NCBI GenBank assembly: GCA_002293525.1
Contig: DBDJ01000036.1
Span: 33,082 to 97,081 of the forward strand
Length of the DNA: 64,000 nt
DNA from: Lachnospiraceae bacterium UBA935
Lineage (GTDB): Bacteria; Bacillota; Clostridia; Lachnospirales; Lachnospiraceae
Direction: 5' to 3'
Below, one piece after another: positions 63,244 through 64,000 of the stretch; the stretch's first letter is position 1; the number at the start of each line of letters is the position of its first letter. The notes below the pieces were generated by a model. It searched no databases. It was not told where the DNA came from and saw only the letters and a list, made by a program, of their open reading frames with translations. The translations under genes and the position numbers were made by a program.

Positions 63244-64000
63244 TCAATCTGTTATTTTTTTCAGTAGAACAATAGCCACAAATAGTTCAAATATACAAGT
63301 AATTGAAATAATTATATACATTATAGTAACATTATATATTTGCATGAAATAAGTAGATATCACTGGCCCAATAAAAAAACCTAGCTGTTTTAGTTCCGAA
63401 ATTGCGAAAAGACCTGTTAATTTTCGGCCATCTGCGATTTTGCTAATAAGTACGTCTAGAATCGGAATCAACATTGCTTCTCCGACGGTAAATATAGCAG
63501 TTGCTGTAATAAGTAATATGAAGTTACCTCTCGAATATGCAAATAAGGCATACGATGAACAAAAGGAAAGACTACCTATTATTAATTGTAACTTTAAATT
63601 TAACTTTTCATTTAGAATTATTATTAAAGGCTGAAACAGTATTGCTAGTACTGAATTTAATATAATCATTATTGAAAATAGTCTTTCAGCATCAAGTCGA
63701 AAAGGTATTATAGCAAGAGGCGACACATTTTCAAATACTGAAAAAACAGTAAAAACTATAATACTCCAAGCAACAAACAAAATAAGAGAAAAATTAGGTT
63801 TTTGTTTGTACTCTGTTTTTGAATAAAGTACATCATTGTCAATTTTTATATTTGCCAGAAAAAAACAAAGCATACAACCGGTAGCAGCAATCCTAAGCAT
63901 GTTATCCACTCCAAATACACTAAGAATATTTCCAATGATTGGACCGACTATTATTGCTATACATAATACAATATATCGATATCTAAAGGCAATATTTTCA
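63244..64000 (-). CDS. MFS-type transporter, 5' end outside the window
   Basis: The reading frame stays open upstream of the GVDNMLRIAATG segment to the window edge. Polytopic, with the TVGEAMLIPILDVLISKIA motif. AT-rich. Confidence 0.55.
   Translation of the reverse strand, partial: ENIAFRYRYIVLCIAIIVGPIIGNILSVFGVDNMLRIAATGCMLCFFLANIKIDNDVLYSKTEYKQKPNFSLILFVAWSIIVFTVFSVFENVSPLAIIPFRLDAERLFSIMIILNSVLAILFQPLIIILNEKLNLKLQLIIGSLSFCSSYALFAYSRGNFILLITATAIFTVGEAMLIPILDVLISKIADGRKLTGLFAISELKQLGFFIGPVISTYFMQIYNVTIMYIIISITCIFELFVAIVLLKKITD

Overview
Chromosomal window from a Firmicutes/Clostridia-type genome (Lachnospiraceae-like; this is inferred from gene content and order, no search was run). 1-25.6 kb is an almost unbroken + strand block: recU, a partial his operon (hisZ-hisG-hisD-hisB plus a HisF-like::HisIE fusion), a YfhO protein, the conserved string radical-SAM(TIGR03960)/TIGR03936-rng-rplU-prp-rpmA-obg-yhbY-nadD-yqeK-rsfS, a MATE pump and a Liv-type ABC importer. 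34-64 kb is an unbroken - strand block: rluD-lspA-aroB-sepF-yggS, three poorly characterised genes, dac-mgsA-rodA-minE-minD-minC-pbp2-mreD-mreC-mreB-radC, ynbB-miaA-mutL-mutS-miaB, then an AT-rich tail (GH25 muramidase, atypical LytTR regulator, partial MFS). The 25.6-34 kb junction is a mixed-orientation, accessory-looking block: lexA with a divergent yneA-like SOS gene, a tyrosine recombinase, a TtcA-family PP-loop ATPase, an AI-2E transporter, and an XRE regulator plus a Zn-ribbon/Ltp-repeat membrane protein. The most unusual signal is a ~122-nt multi-hairpin element present three times (15.6, 21.1 and 61.1 kb). Its variation tends to preserve base pairing, and every copy keeps an intact 17-codon micro-ORF. 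Other notable points: convergent gene orientation with a dif-like palindrome at 33.9 kb (possible replication terminus); many short intergenic tandem repeats (periods 12-18 bp); a second small palindromic repeat family; a HisF-like domain lacking the catalytic Asp residues, fused to HisIE; and no hfq downstream of miaA. I recognised no tRNA, rRNA, CRISPR array or IS transposase.
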